In this document: positions 9,111 through 18,545 of the stretch, one piece after another
Numbering within the stretch: position 1 is the stretch's first letter
Layout: each line of letters begins with the position of its first letter
NCBI GenBank assembly: GCA_045652835.1
Contig: JAZOLE010000129.1
Coordinates: 933 to 64,932, forward strand
Direction of reading: 5' to 3'
Length of the DNA: 64,000 bases
Source: Eubacteriales bacterium
Lineage (GTDB): Bacteria; Bacillota; Clostridia; Oscillospirales; CAG-272
Notes under the pieces: model-generated
What the model saw: the letters and a program-made list of their open reading frames with translations, nothing else
Told to the model about the DNA's origin: nothing
Database searches by the model: none
Position numbers and translations under genes: made by a program

Positions 9111-10424
9111 TCAAATCTCCCAATCAGGCTTTTTGACCTTGCTTGCATCGGGATCAAACTCGCGCAGCATACCGCGCACCTTGGCGTCCACAACCGCGGT
9201 CACTCGGACAGCATCCGCGCCGTACTCCACGTCCTCCACCGTTGCCATACGGTAAAGCGTGTTGAGCGCCCCCTGCTTGGCATTGGGAATCACAAAGGTC
9301 ACGCGTGCCTTGCCTGCGTGGATCATGCTCTCCAGCATTTCGGCAAACTGCTCGTATCCCTGACCCGTCAGCGCAGAAATGTGCGTCTGATGCTCGGCAT
9401 CTCTGCCGCTTACGCGAGGCAGCGTACCCATGACCAGATCGCACTTATTGAACACGTAAAGCGTAGGCTTGCCTGCAGCACCCAGCTCACAAAGCACCTG
9501 CTCGGTCACCTCAAGCTTTTGCTCGTGCTCGGGGTCGGACGCGTCAATGACAATAACCAGAATATCCGCATACACCGCCTCGTCCAGCGTGGAACGGAAT
9601 GCCTTGATCAGATGGTGGGGCAGCTTACGGATAAAGCCGACCGTATCGGTCAGGAGAATACTCTCGCCGCCGGGCAGCTCGAATTTTCTTGTGGTAGGGT
9701 CAAGCGTGGCAAACAGCTTGTCCTCGGCTAAGATACCTGCATCGGTCATGCGGTTGAGCAGCGTAGACTTGCCTGCGTTGGTATATCCCACAATGGCAAC
9801 CTTGGGCAGACCGCTCTTATCGCGCGAGGCGCGCATGGTCATGCGGTTCTTTTCCATTTCGCTTAGCTGCGCCTCCAGCGCGGTAATACGGCGCTGAATG
9901 TGTCGGCGGGCGCTTTCCAGCTTGGACTCACCCGGTCCGCGCGTACCGATACCACCGCCCAGTCGCGAGAGCTGCGTGCCCTTACCGATCAATCTCGGTG
10001 CGGTATAGCGCAGCTGCGCCAGCTCGACCTGCAGCTTTCCCTCACCCGTCACAGCATGGCGGGCAAAAATATCCAAAATCAACATCGAACGGTCAATAAC
10101 GCGCACGTCATGACCGATATCGTCCTCTAAATTTCTGATCTGCGCAGGCGAGAGATCCTCGTCCGTGATGACCAGGTCAATATCGTTATTTTCGCACAGC
10201 TCCGAGATCTCGCGCACCTTACCCGAGCCAATCAGCGTACGGGGGTCGGGCGTATCCTTGCTTTGCACCACGCGCACGATCGCCACGCCGCCTGCGGTAT
10301 CCAGCAGTCTCTCCAGCTCGTCAAGTCCGGACTCAACGGTCTGCGCATCAGCCTCGCGCGTCACAATGCCCACAAGCAATGCGCGCGTTTTAGCCTCAAT
10401 TTCCTTGTTTTGCAAGCTTTGCAT
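9111..10424 (-). CDS. hflX: GTPase HflX
   Basis: HflX N-domain plus G-domain (GYTNAGKST, DTVGF, NKCD). GAAGGAG RBS. Confidence 0.9.
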   Translation of the reverse strand: MQSLQNKEIEAKTRALLVGIVTREADAQTVESGLDELERLLDTAGGVAIVRVVQSKDTPDPRTLIGSGKVREISELCENNDIDLVITDEDLSPAQIRNLEDDIGHDVRVIDRSMLILDIFARHAVTGEGKLQVELAQLRYTAPRLIGKGTQLSRLGGGIGTRGPGESKLESARRHIQRRITALEAQLSEMEKNRMTMRASRDKSGLPKVAIVGYTNAGKSTLLNRMTDAGILAEDKLFATLDPTTRKFELPGGESILLTDTVGFIRKLPHHLIKAFRSTLDEAVYADILVIVIDASDPEHEQKLEVTEQVLCELGAAGKPTLYVFNKCDLVMGTLPRVSGRDAEHQTHISALTGQGYEQFAEMLESMIHAGKARVTFVIPNAKQGALNTLYRMATVEDVEYGADAVRVTAVVDAKVRGMLREFDPDASKVKKPDWEI

Positions 10425-10959
10425 TCTGTCTTCTTCTCCTTCTTTTGGCAGCCTTGTTGGTCACGTGCACGTAACGCTGCATGCAGGAAAGATACTCCTC
10501 GTTGACCTTGGAGTTTCTTCCGCCAAAGCGTGAAAGCACCTCTCTGCCGCTGATCCAGCAAACCTGCTCCACCTCTTCGGTCTGCAGCACCATGTCCTCG
10601 ATCTCGGTGTCGGTATACACCAGATACACGTCCACGATCTTATGGCCGTTATAGGTACGCACGCAGCTGCGGATCTGCTCCTGTGTCAGCTCCAGCCCCA
10701 GCTCCTCACGCACCTCGCGACGCATGCCGCCCTCGCTATCCTCGCCTGCCTGCACCACGCCCATGGTCACACACCAAGCGCCCGGCAGCACCCTTTTGGT
10801 TGCGGCGCGCTTTTGAATGAGAAAGCCGTGATCTCTGTGATAAATAAAGGCATGCACCACCATAGTGTACTCATCGTCGGCAAGGCGATAACGGCGGCCT
10901 CGCTCCACGAGCTTGCCTGTCTTTTGCCCATCGTGGGTATAAACGTCCAGCATTTCCAT
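10396..10959 (-). CDS. NUDIX hydrolase
   Basis: Nudix box GVVQAGEDSEGGMRREVREELGL. AGAAGGA RBS before ATG at 10959. The 3' end overlaps the hflX start by 29 nt. Confidence 0.8.
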   Translation of the reverse strand: MEMLDVYTHDGQKTGKLVERGRRYRLADDEYTMVVHAFIYHRDHGFLIQKRAATKRVLPGAWCVTMGVVQAGEDSEGGMRREVREELGLELTQEQIRSCVRTYNGHKIVDVYLVYTDTEIEDMVLQTEEVEQVCWISGREVLSRFGGRNSKVNEEYLSCMQRYVHVTNKAAKRRRRRQNAKLAKQGN

Positions 10960-11011
10960 ATCTGTCCTTCTTTCTCCTCGGCTCCGAAACATATCGTGCC
11001 TTGGCGCGAGA

Positions 11012-11055
11012 TAAATGAAAACAGGCAGACTCCGCCATAACGCGTAGAGTCTGCC
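11012..11055 (-). terminator. rpmE terminator
   Basis: GGCAGACTC (11024-11032) pairs with GAGTCTGCC (11047-11055). A T-rich run follows on the minus strand. Confidence 0.7.
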
Positions 11056-11079
11056 CGTTTATCATCAATTGTCGTAAGA

Positions 11080-11289
11080 TTACTTTCTGGAAGCTTCCAG
11101 TCTCTTCTTGAACTTGTCAAGACGGCCGCCAGCATCAACGAACTTCTGCTTACCGGTGAAGAAGGGGTGGCACTTGGAGCAAATTTCAACTCTCATTTCG
11201 CTGCCCTTGGTGGAACGGGTAACAACAGTTTCGCCGCAAGCGCACTTAACGACACACTCTACGTAATTGGGATGGATTCCGCTTTTCAT
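11080..11289 (-). CDS. rpmE: 50S ribosomal protein L31
   Basis: MKSGIHPNY...CxC...[10 protein letters not shown] signature, 69 aa. Confidence 0.95.
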   Translation of the reverse strand: MKSGIHPNYVECVVKCACGETVVTRSTKGSEMRVEICSKCHPFFTGKQKFVDAGGRLDKFKKRLEASRK

Positions 11290-11350
11290 TTTTCAATACC
11301 TCGCATAAATTTTCTCGATGTTCTTTGACATCGGATTCACAAGCGGAGAT

Positions 11351-11379
11351 ATTATAACATATATTATGCCCATTGTCAA
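11351..11379 (-). promoter_or_regulatory. consensus sigma-A promoter of rpmE
   Basis: The reverse complement reads TTGACA-17-TATAAT. Confidence 0.7.
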
Positions 11380-11407
11380 GGACTTTTTGAAATTTTTTTG
11401 AATTACT

Positions 11408-11480
11408 TGATTTTTCAAAATTTTTGAAACTATTTTTGGGAAATGCGAAACCTTTTTGCAAAAAAACCGACTATATTTTT
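11408..11480 (+). promoter_or_regulatory. copy M3 of a shared upstream module (T/A tracts + TTTTTGCAAAAAAA + CTATAT)
   Basis: Partial match to the modules at 36525 and 40753. Ends about 30 nt before ATG at 11506. Confidence 0.4.
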
Positions 11481-11505
11481 GAAGAACAAAAAACGGAGGC
11501 ATTTT

Positions 11506-11898
11506 ATGAAAAAGATTTTTGGATTGATCGCAACCCTGACAGCCCTGATCCTGGAGATTCTGCCGTACGGCGCAGTATGTAACTTTATGACCCCTCCGGG
11601 TGAGCCGCCCTTACGCCTGACCTACTCGTATTTTTCGCTCACGCCCTTCGGCTACGCCAATTTTGCACCCTTTATCGTGGCACTTCTGACCTGTGTACTA
11701 TTGGTATTGATCATCGTGTACGCCTTTGTCGGGCAGCGTATGCGTATGCCCGTGTTATGCGTCTCGGCTGCTGCCACGCTGCTCTCACTTGCTCCGTTGC
11801 TTTTGGGAATTTCGTATTTCTCGCTCGTCGGGCTTTTGATCACGCTGAGCTTACTCTGCACGACTGCTTTGACGGTATTGCTTCGGGAAAGCGCATGA
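11506..11898 (+). CDS. small polytopic membrane protein, unknown function
   Basis: GGAGG RBS before ATG at 11506. Four hydrophobic segments. Confidence 0.65.
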   Translation: MKKIFGLIATLTALILEILPYGAVCNFMTPPGEPPLRLTYSYFSLTPFGYANFAPFIVALLTCVLLVLIIVYAFVGQRMRMPVLCVSAAATLLSLAPLLLGISYFSLVGLLITLSLLCTTALTVLLRESA

Positions 11899-11983
11899 AA
11901 ACCGAAGCTTCCGTTCACGGTTGACATACATGACAGATATTGTAAGCGCGGAATTTTAGCAAGATAAATCAATACAACAAGGC

Positions 11984-12010
11984 GATACCCGATCGGGTAT
12001 CCCCTTTTGG
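11984..12010 (+). terminator. terminator-like palindrome after the membrane-protein gene
   Basis: Perfect palindrome GATACCCGATCGGGTATC followed by CCCTTTTGGGG. Confidence 0.5.
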
Positions 12011-12042
12011 GGTGACGTGGTTTACGTTGAGGTAATTCGCTC

Positions 12043-12190
12043 CGTTCTTTTTGGCACCGCGGGCGCAAAGAAGAACGTATTTGCTGCGCAAATCAAACGC
12101 CGAGATATTTCGCTCGTTGCGACGAGCGAGGAGGGCTGCGCGCCCTCCACTGCGCCGCCTTTTGAAAAAGGCGGGCGAAAACTTTTCATC
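12043..12190 (-). repeat. family-A repeat, copy A3 (starts 5 nt after the sigE stop)
   Basis: hp4 12043-12077, hp3 12110-12129, hp2 12130-12148, hp1 12155-12174. Confidence 0.85.
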
Positions 12191-12194
12191 AGAT

Positions 12195-12896
12195 TTACGC
12201 GTGCGTCATTTGTTCTCGCAATTCGTTGATGATCTTTTTCTCGAGTCTTGAAATGTACGATTGTGAAATTCCCAGATAGGTTGCGACCTCCTTTTGCGTC
12301 ATTTCCTGTCTGCCCGAAAGTCCGTAGCGCAGCTCGATAATCAGCCGCTCGCGCTCGTCCAACGACGCCACCGCACGCCGCACCGCCTCGCGCTCCTCGC
12401 GCTGTTCGATTTCATACAGCACGCCCTCCTCTTCGCTGCCCAAAATATCCGAAAGCAGCAGCTCGTTACCGTCAAAGTCCACGTTGAGCGGCTCATCCAA
12501 GGAGACCTCACCGCCCTTGCCCGATTGCTTACGCAAATGCATCAAAATCTCGTTTTCGATGCAGCGCGAGGCGTATGTGGCAAGCTTGATATTCTTATCC
12601 GAGCGAAACGTGCCCACTGCCTTGCATAGCCCGATGGTACCGATCGAGATCAAATCCTCAATCCCCGTACCCGTACCCTCAAACTTCTTGGCAATATACA
12701 CCACCAAGCGCAAATTGTGCTCGATCAGCGCCACGCGCGCGTCCGCATCCCCTGCCTCCAGCGCTTCGATCATCTCAGCCTCACGCTCGGGCGTATAGGG
12801 AGCAGGCAGCAGCTCGGGTCCGTTTATGTAGAATACGCCGTTCTTTTTTGCCAGCTTTTGCTTCATACGAAGAAGCAGAGCCTTGATTTTGTTCAT
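12195..12896 (-). CDS. sigE: sporulation sigma factor E (pro-sigma-E)
   Basis: Close to SigE along its length (YINGPELLPAPYT, NLRLVVYIAKKFEGTG, KLATYASRCIENEILM, ISQSYISRLEKKII). Sits downstream of spoIIGA. GGAGG RBS before ATG at 12896. The ORF-track N-terminal extension is spurious. Confidence 0.9.
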   Translation of the reverse strand: MNKIKALLLRMKQKLAKKNGVFYINGPELLPAPYTPEREAEMIEALEAGDADARVALIEHNLRLVVYIAKKFEGTGTGIEDLISIGTIGLCKAVGTFRSDKNIKLATYASRCIENEILMHLRKQSGKGGEVSLDEPLNVDFDGNELLLSDILGSEEEGVLYEIEQREEREAVRRAVASLDERERLIIELRYGLSGRQEMTQKEVATYLGISQSYISRLEKKIINELREQMTHA

Positions 12897-12907
12897 ATTA
12901 ACCTCCA

Positions 12908-13765
12908 TTATTGTAACAGTGCTGCGGGCACGATTGCACGGTACTCCCCTGCCAGCGGTTGCCCCGAGGGCGCGATCAGCGCATGCACCGCGCGGCGCTT
13001 TCCGTCCTGCCCCGCAAGCAGCACCTCGTCCGGCATAAGCGCGACCGCCAAAGCGCTCCCCTGCGCGGTGTGCATGGGCACGATGCGCACGCGTTTTCCC
13101 TCGGGCAGCGCATCCAATCCTCTGCCATCGCTCTCCACCGCACGTCGCAGCGCATCGGGTAGCGCGGCAAGCCAAGTCTGCCTATCCGCCACAATGACGG
13201 GCGTGCCGCTGATCGGGTCACACAAAAGGTTTCCGCTGTCGCAAAGTCCATCCAGCTTACACGTCACTCCCTCCATGCGCACGTGCACGGTACAGGTGCG
13301 TACCGCGCTCTGCTTTGAAAACAATCGACCGCCAAACGCCGCTACCAGTGCAGCTGCAGCGGCAAGCGCCAAAAACATCCAAGCCGAAATGCCGTCACCG
13401 GGCATGTCGCCAAGCGGCAAATCCGCCCTGCCAAGCAAGTTGTACAGTGCGGTCATACCACCGCCCATCAGCGCCGAAACGCCAAAATACGTGCCGCTCA
13501 GCAACAGTACCCTGCCCATGCGCACGCCCTTACCCGCTGCGCATAGCGCACACATGCCAAGGCACACGCCGATATCCACCGCCAAAGCAAGCCAAGCTTC
13601 CACCGAGAAAAACAGCGAGGCAACGCTATACACCCCTCCCACAGCGGCTGCAAGCAGCATGCGCCACCGAACGCGCGGCAGATGCAGCAGCTTGACACTC
13701 AGATACAGGCACAAAAAATCCATGCTGAAATTGACCAAAAACAACAAGTCCGCATATACGTCCAA
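12908..13765 (-). CDS. spoIIGA: sigma-E processing peptidase SpoIIGA
   Basis: Polytopic N-domain, MDVYADLLFLVNFSMDFL start, position upstream of sigE. TTG start preceded by GGAGGTGA. Confidence 0.85.
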   Translation of the reverse strand: MDVYADLLFLVNFSMDFLCLYLSVKLLHLPRVRWRMLLAAAVGGVYSVASLFFSVEAWLALAVDIGVCLGMCALCAAGKGVRMGRVLLLSGTYFGVSALMGGGMTALYNLLGRADLPLGDMPGDGISAWMFLALAAAAALVAAFGGRLFSKQSAVRTCTVHVRMEGVTCKLDGLCDSGNLLCDPISGTPVIVADRQTWLAALPDALRRAVESDGRGLDALPEGKRVRIVPMHTAQGSALAVALMPDEVLLAGQDGKRRAVHALIAPSGQPLAGEYRAIVPAALLQ

Positions 13766-13863
13766 ATCCTCTCACCTCCGCCCCTATTATACGCCCCCGT
13801 CTGTGACGGATAAGGTCACATCGGGGAAAGTGCGCGAAAAAATAATAAATTTACAAAAAATGC

Positions 13864-13892
13864 GTGACAGACGCACGCGTATATGATATAAT
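13864..13892 (+). promoter_or_regulatory. sigma-A type promoter (extended -10)
   Basis: GTGACA-17-TATAAT with TG at -15/-14. Confidence 0.5.
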
Positions 13893-13927
13893 GGTAAAAA
13901 AGATGGCAAGAAACAGGAGAACGCTCT

Positions 13928-14497
13928 ATGAAATATACCGGATTGTTAGCAGCCGCCTTGGCGCTATTTTGCACACTGTGTGCCTGCGAAACACAAGACC
14001 CCAACACTCCCCAAGAAACCACCCAAGAATACAGCTCGACCGCAACGCAAAGCGGCTCGCAATATAACAGCAGCTGGATAATCGGCATTTCCAAGACCGA
14101 TGCTTGCAAGAACAAAGCAGTTGCGGATTGGATCGCACGCTGCTCCCAGCCCGAGCGAGATGACATTGGACATTACGTGCTGCATAACAAGGTAGAAAAC
14201 AGCGACGGCACAACCACGCATCACCTGTTGCTTTACCGCTCTGCAACAGAAAAGGACGCAAAGGATTTTACGGTAGACTTTGCCATGAACGGCGAGATGC
14301 TGACCGTGACCCCCACCTACGCCTCCTCTGACACCTCGGTCTATGGCTATGACCTGATCTATTTGACGATGACCACGCAAGGCAACCCTGAAATTTCGGT
14401 TGAGATGCTGGTGGACGGTGACTATCCCGGTGCGATCCAAACTACCACCGCCTCTGCCATCACCCCCGACACCTTCGGAGCGCAAGCCAATGAGTAA
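13928..14497 (+). CDS. lipoprotein, unknown function
   Basis: Signal peptide with lipobox MKYTGLLAAALALFCTLCAC. The stop overlaps the next start (ATGAGTAA). Confidence 0.7.
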   Translation: MKYTGLLAAALALFCTLCACETQDPNTPQETTQEYSSTATQSGSQYNSSWIIGISKTDACKNKAVADWIARCSQPERDDIGHYVLHNKVENSDGTTTHHLLLYRSATEKDAKDFTVDFAMNGEMLTVTPTYASSDTSVYGYDLIYLTMTTQGNPEISVEMLVDGDYPGAIQTTTASAITPDTFGAQANE

Positions 14498-15701
14498 GCA
14501 GGTCGCTTCCCCCGAAAAAAGCACGCATTGCCTTGCAAAGCACAGCTTTACCTTTGGCGTCTATCGCCTGCTTGGCAAGCTTTACGCGCGCGCGTATCTC
14601 GGCTACCGCTCCAAAAGCGTACCGAGCACAGACAAAGCACCACAGCTCATTCTTTGCAACAGCCAGACCCTGCAGGACGCGCTGCTTGTGCGCCTTGCAT
14701 TCGATCATCCCGTATATTGCGTACAAACGCGCGCACAGCGTCGCGGACCGATCAGCATGCTGACCGATCTGCTCACCGCTCCCATTTGGCAAAAGCCCTG
14801 CCTTGGCACTTGGTCAACTGCTGCCGTGCAGAAAATTAAGCAAGTACTGGGCGAGGGAGGCAGCGTATGCCTGTTCCCCTGCGGTGATCCCGCATACAGC
14901 CATACGCCCAACCCCGTAAGCAAGCAGACAGTACCGCTCATTCGTGCGCTTGGCGTGCCCGTTGTGCTGTACACGCTGCACGGCGGCGTGGGTGCATTGC
15001 CCCGTTGGGGTGACGGCAGACGCAAAGGTCCCTTTATCGGTCGCCTTGAGCGCACGCTGACCCCCGAGGAATATGCAGGGATGAGTGATACCGAGCTGTA
15101 CGCGCTGATCAATCGCACGCTTTCTGTCAATGACAAGCCCTTGGGGCTGACCTACGGTGGCAACCACCGCGCCGAGCGATTGGAAAGAGTGCTGTACGTT
15201 TGCCCGCGCTGCCGCGAGCATTCGGTGCTGTACTCCCAAGGCAATCACGTCAGCTGCCGCGGCTGCGGCATGACCGCCAATTATACGGAGGCGGGAAATC
15301 TGGTCTTTCTCAACTGCGAAACACCCATTTCCACGGTGGATGCGTGGATGGACTATCAGGTCTCCTGGCTGCAAAACCGCATTGACGGCTTTGCGGGCGA
15401 GATCTATACCGACGGCGGCGTGACCATTCACTCGCTTGACCGCACCCCTGCGGACGAGCCCTTGTTCGGCACGCTGATTATGACCCGCGAAAAGCTGCTT
15501 TTGCGCTTTGAGGACGGTGAGAGAGGCACGCGAACGGTTGGCTTTGCGCTGGATTCGGTTGCCGTGCTCAAGCCCTGCGGTAAAACCAAGCTTTCGCTTA
15601 CCACGGCACAGGGCACTTGGGAAATTGCGGGAGCAGGCGGCTTTTGCGCCTACAAATACGCGCAGCTGTTCTCTGCTCTGCGCGGTCAATTCAAAAAATA
15701 A
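14490..15701 (+). CDS. PlsC-like acyltransferase-fold protein with degenerate HX4D (NSQTLQD) and internal CxxC...CxxC
   Basis: LILCNSQTLQDALLV sits where NHxSxxD is expected. Also CPRCREH...CRGCGM. The ATG overlaps the upstream stop. Confidence 0.55.
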   Translation: MSKQVASPEKSTHCLAKHSFTFGVYRLLGKLYARAYLGYRSKSVPSTDKAPQLILCNSQTLQDALLVRLAFDHPVYCVQTRAQRRGPISMLTDLLTAPIWQKPCLGTWSTAAVQKIKQVLGEGGSVCLFPCGDPAYSHTPNPVSKQTVPLIRALGVPVVLYTLHGGVGALPRWGDGRRKGPFIGRLERTLTPEEYAGMSDTELYALINRTLSVNDKPLGLTYGGNHRAERLERVLYVCPRCREHSVLYSQGNHVSCRGCGMTANYTEAGNLVFLNCETPISTVDAWMDYQVSWLQNRIDGFAGEIYTDGGVTIHSLDRTPADEPLFGTLIMTREKLLLRFEDGERGTRTVGFALDSVAVLKPCGKTKLSLTTAQGTWEIAGAGGFCAYKYAQLFSALRGQFKK

Positions 15702-15737
15702 GCACCCCACGAAACTAAAAAACGCGAGGTATTGATT

Positions 15738-18290
15738 ATGAAAAAGTCACTGTTTGTCACCATGACGGCTATGCTGCTTTTGCTTGCCATGCTGCTCGGT
15801 GCCTGCACAGGCAACGGCGGCACAGATACCGAAAGCACCGATGCCACCACGCAAGACACCACAGCGCAGGAAACGACCGAACAGACGACCGAGCAGGTAA
15901 CCGAGCAGCCCTCAAGCGAGGAAAGCACCACCGAGCCGGAGCCTGAGCCGCTGCCTGCCAATGCAACGCTGGATTTTGACCTGATTGAGCAAAAGGAGCT
16001 GAACAAGTGCTTTGTCTCGCCCAACCAAACCGACATCACGGTTGAAAAGGACGAGGGCGGTGAAACTTACGTAACGCTGACCGTCAATCAGAACAACGCC
16101 AACGATCCTCATGCCACGTTCGATTGCACCAAATTCTACAGATACGCGGAAATGGATGCAACCAACATTGATGACTATCCCTTCGTCATGCTCAAGGTGC
16201 GCAGCATAGGCTGTTCCTCGGGCACGATGGAAATGTTCTACCAAGCCAAGGGCATGGGCGGCATTCAAGGTGATTCTTACGTGTCCGCCTCGTATGACCC
16301 TGCGGGAACAGATTGGCAGTACGTGCTGTTTGATCTTTCCGCAAAGGCAAACTGGAAGCAAAAGGTCAACCTTTTGCGCTTTGACTACATGATCAGCGCC
16401 ACCTCGGCAGGCGAGGCTTTGCAGATTGCGGAAATCCGCTTTTTGCCCAATGCTGACGCCTACTATGAAAATCTCAACCTTGACATGAATGCCATTGGTA
16501 TTCCGATCTCGGATCAGGCAAAAGAGGAGGCTGCACAGCTGCTTGGCTCTGTGACCATGCCCACCACCGCATTCAATTCCTACAAGCCGCTGACCGCTGC
16601 ACACGAGGATGCTTCTCTTTCCATGTGGTTCAACCACATGTTCAGCCGCACCCCGCAGGACGACACCACCCATTCGGGCATGGATACCTATCAGATCCTG
16701 CTTGCAGGCAACGAGACCGAGGGCTGTCAGGTACTGCTTGCACCCACGCAGAGCGTTGAGGGCTTGCGCGTATACCTGACCGACTTTACAAACGCGGCGG
16801 GTGATACCTTGGCAAGTGAGCTGCGCTGGGGCTACTACTTCAAAAACATTGCAGGCAAGGATATGTACGAGCCGCTGCCCAAGGTCACCTACGAGAAGGA
16901 TCAGGAAATGATCGACCGCCAAAACGGCGCCAACTCAACCGGTGACATTCTTCCCAACTTCCAAACCTATGACGGCTTTGATATTGAAGCCGGTAAGAGC
17001 CAGATGTTCGTCATCAAGGCAAGCGCACCCTACGGTGCAGCTCCCGGTGAATACACCGCAACCTTTACCGTGACCGATGCACAGGGCAACGAGATCAAGA
17101 AGGCAACCGTATTTGCATACGTTTGGGATTTCTCCCTGCCCTTGACTCCCTCCTGCAAGACGCTGATGGATCTGGATTCCTACAGCATCTATTATACCTA
17201 CAGAGACTTCCCCGGTGAAGTCACAGACTACCAAGGAAGAACCCTGATCCAAAACTATTACGAATTCGCTCTTGACTACCGCATCAATCCCTATTCCCTG
17301 CCCATCAAGAATGAGGACGGCAGATTTGACTCCGAGATCCTGATGCAATACTTGGACGATCCGCGCGTACAGTGCTTCCAGACCCTGGGTTGGAAAGCGG
17401 ATCTCAATGCCACCAACGTATCCAACGCCTACGCTGTGCTCTCGCAAAAGCCCGAATGGCTTGCCAAGGCGTACTTCTATCCGGTTGACGAGCCTATGAA
17501 CCTCAACGATCTTGACAGAATCAAGAACGCTGCAAATCTGCTCAAGGAGCATTTCCCCGGTTATAAACTGATCACCCCCATGCACCTCAACAACATGGTC
17601 ACAGGCGGTGACTTCTTCTCCTACCTTGCAGATGCTGTGACCGCATGGTGTCCGCACAATTTCTTCTTTACCACCTATGCAGAGTGGAAGCAAAATCCCG
17701 ACCTTTACTACCGCATGCCCGTGATCGCAGAATCCTCGTTCGGCACGCTCCGTGACCGCATGAAGGCAGAGGCAGAGGGTGGTGACGAGGTTTGGTGGTA
17801 CATCACCCGTATCCCGAACAAGCCCGAGATCACCTTTGATATCAACAGCGAGGCTGTCAACTGCCGCACACTGTTCTGGCAGCAAAAGCTTTACGACGTG
17901 GACGGTTTCCTGTACTATTCCATGAACGACTGGACCGGCTCTCCCGAGATCATTCAGGACACCGGTAACGTATGGCTGCAGGGTATGAACCCCGTTTACG
18001 AAAAGCGTGACTCGGACGGCATTGACATTTACGGAAACGGCATTCTGATCTACAGCGGCATTTACTTTGCTGACCGCGATCCCATCCCGGCTCTGCGCCT
18101 GGAGTGCGTACGCGACGGTCTTGAGGACTACGATTACCTGACCTTACTGCAGGAGATCTACGGAGAGGACACCGTGGACGGCATGATCTCTCAGTGGACC
18201 ACAAGCATGTACGAATACAGCACCGATCAAGAGCAGTTCTACGCGCTTCGCGCAAAGCTGGCTCTGCTGATCGAACAAAATCAAGACTAA
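15738..18290 (+). CDS. secreted lipoprotein, DUF4091/GH123-like domain
   Basis: Lipobox LLGAC. Thr/Glu/Pro linker. C-terminal CVRDGLEDYDYL-type segment typical of DUF4091. GAGG RBS before ATG at 15738. Confidence 0.6.
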   Translation: MKKSLFVTMTAMLLLLAMLLGACTGNGGTDTESTDATTQDTTAQETTEQTTEQVTEQPSSEESTTEPEPEPLPANATLDFDLIEQKELNKCFVSPNQTDITVEKDEGGETYVTLTVNQNNANDPHATFDCTKFYRYAEMDATNIDDYPFVMLKVRSIGCSSGTMEMFYQAKGMGGIQGDSYVSASYDPAGTDWQYVLFDLSAKANWKQKVNLLRFDYMISATSAGEALQIAEIRFLPNADAYYENLNLDMNAIGIPISDQAKEEAAQLLGSVTMPTTAFNSYKPLTAAHEDASLSMWFNHMFSRTPQDDTTHSGMDTYQILLAGNETEGCQVLLAPTQSVEGLRVYLTDFTNAAGDTLASELRWGYYFKNIAGKDMYEPLPKVTYEKDQEMIDRQNGANSTGDILPNFQTYDGFDIEAGKSQMFVIKASAPYGAAPGEYTATFTVTDAQGNEIKKATVFAYVWDFSLPLTPSCKTLMDLDSYSIYYTYRDFPGEVTDYQGRTLIQNYYEFALDYRINPYSLPIKNEDGRFDSEILMQYLDDPRVQCFQTLGWKADLNATNVSNAYAVLSQKPEWLAKAYFYPVDEPMNLNDLDRIKNAANLLKEHFPGYKLITPMHLNNMVTGGDFFSYLADAVTAWCPHNFFFTTYAEWKQNPDLYYRMPVIAESSFGTLRDRMKAEAEGGDEVWWYITRIPNKPEITFDINSEAVNCRTLFWQQKLYDVDGFLYYSMNDWTGSPEIIQDTGNVWLQGMNPVYEKRDSDGIDIYGNGILIYSGIYFADRDPIPALRLECVRDGLEDYDYLTLLQEIYGEDTVDGMISQWTTSMYEYSTDQEQFYALRAKLALLIEQNQD

Positions 18291-18302
18291 ACAATAAAAT
18301 AA

Positions 18303-18326
18303 GGGCTGCCTTGCGGCAGCCCTTTT
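18303..18326. terminator. bidirectional terminator
   Basis: GGGCTGCC-ttgc-GGCAGCCC followed by TTTT. Confidence 0.75.
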
Positions 18327-18347
18327 GTTATGTCATATTCACGCGCA

Positions 18348-18518
18348 TTATTCTGCGATAGATTCGGTCTCGAACTGTTGGAAGAACGCTTCGATTTTTG
18401 CCTGTGCCTCGTCAGATATAACCCTTCCCTCGCTGCGGTATACCGAAAACAGCCCCGCAAATACTGCAGAGAAAAGGCATATTAAAACAATGACATAGCT
18501 GATCAATTTGATCTTCAT
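18348..18518 (-). CDS. 56-aa single-pass membrane protein (below the ORF-track cutoff)
   Basis: GGAGG RBS, ATG at 18518, product MKIKLISYVIVLICLFSAVFAGLFSVY...IAE*. Confidence 0.5.
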   Translation of the reverse strand: MKIKLISYVIVLICLFSAVFAGLFSVYRSEGRVISDEAQAKIEAFFQQFETESIAE

Positions 18519-18545
18519 GACGATTCGCCTCCAACAAAAATAGTC

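Noticed and set aside
11290-11350. Hairpin CGATGT-caaaga-ACATCG in the rpmE leader as an L31 autoregulatory element.
   Set aside because: It is a single 6-bp hairpin, and I have no comparative support. I cannot distinguish it from chance.
12897-13175. N-terminal extension of the sigE ORF (326 aa in the track).
   Set aside because: The extension overlaps spoIIGA in another frame, is Arg/Ala/Gly-rich, and has no RBS. ATG at 12896 has a GGAGG RBS and yields a canonical 233-aa pro-sigma-E.
12717-13886. 389-aa plus-strand ORF antisense to spoIIGA. Also the many 60-140-aa ORFs nested in hflX, recG, metY, the ATPase gene and others.
   Set aside because: These are typical GC-rich antisense or off-frame ORFs inside well-supported genes. 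They have Ser/Arg/Ala/Pro-rich composition, no RBS, and no independent support.
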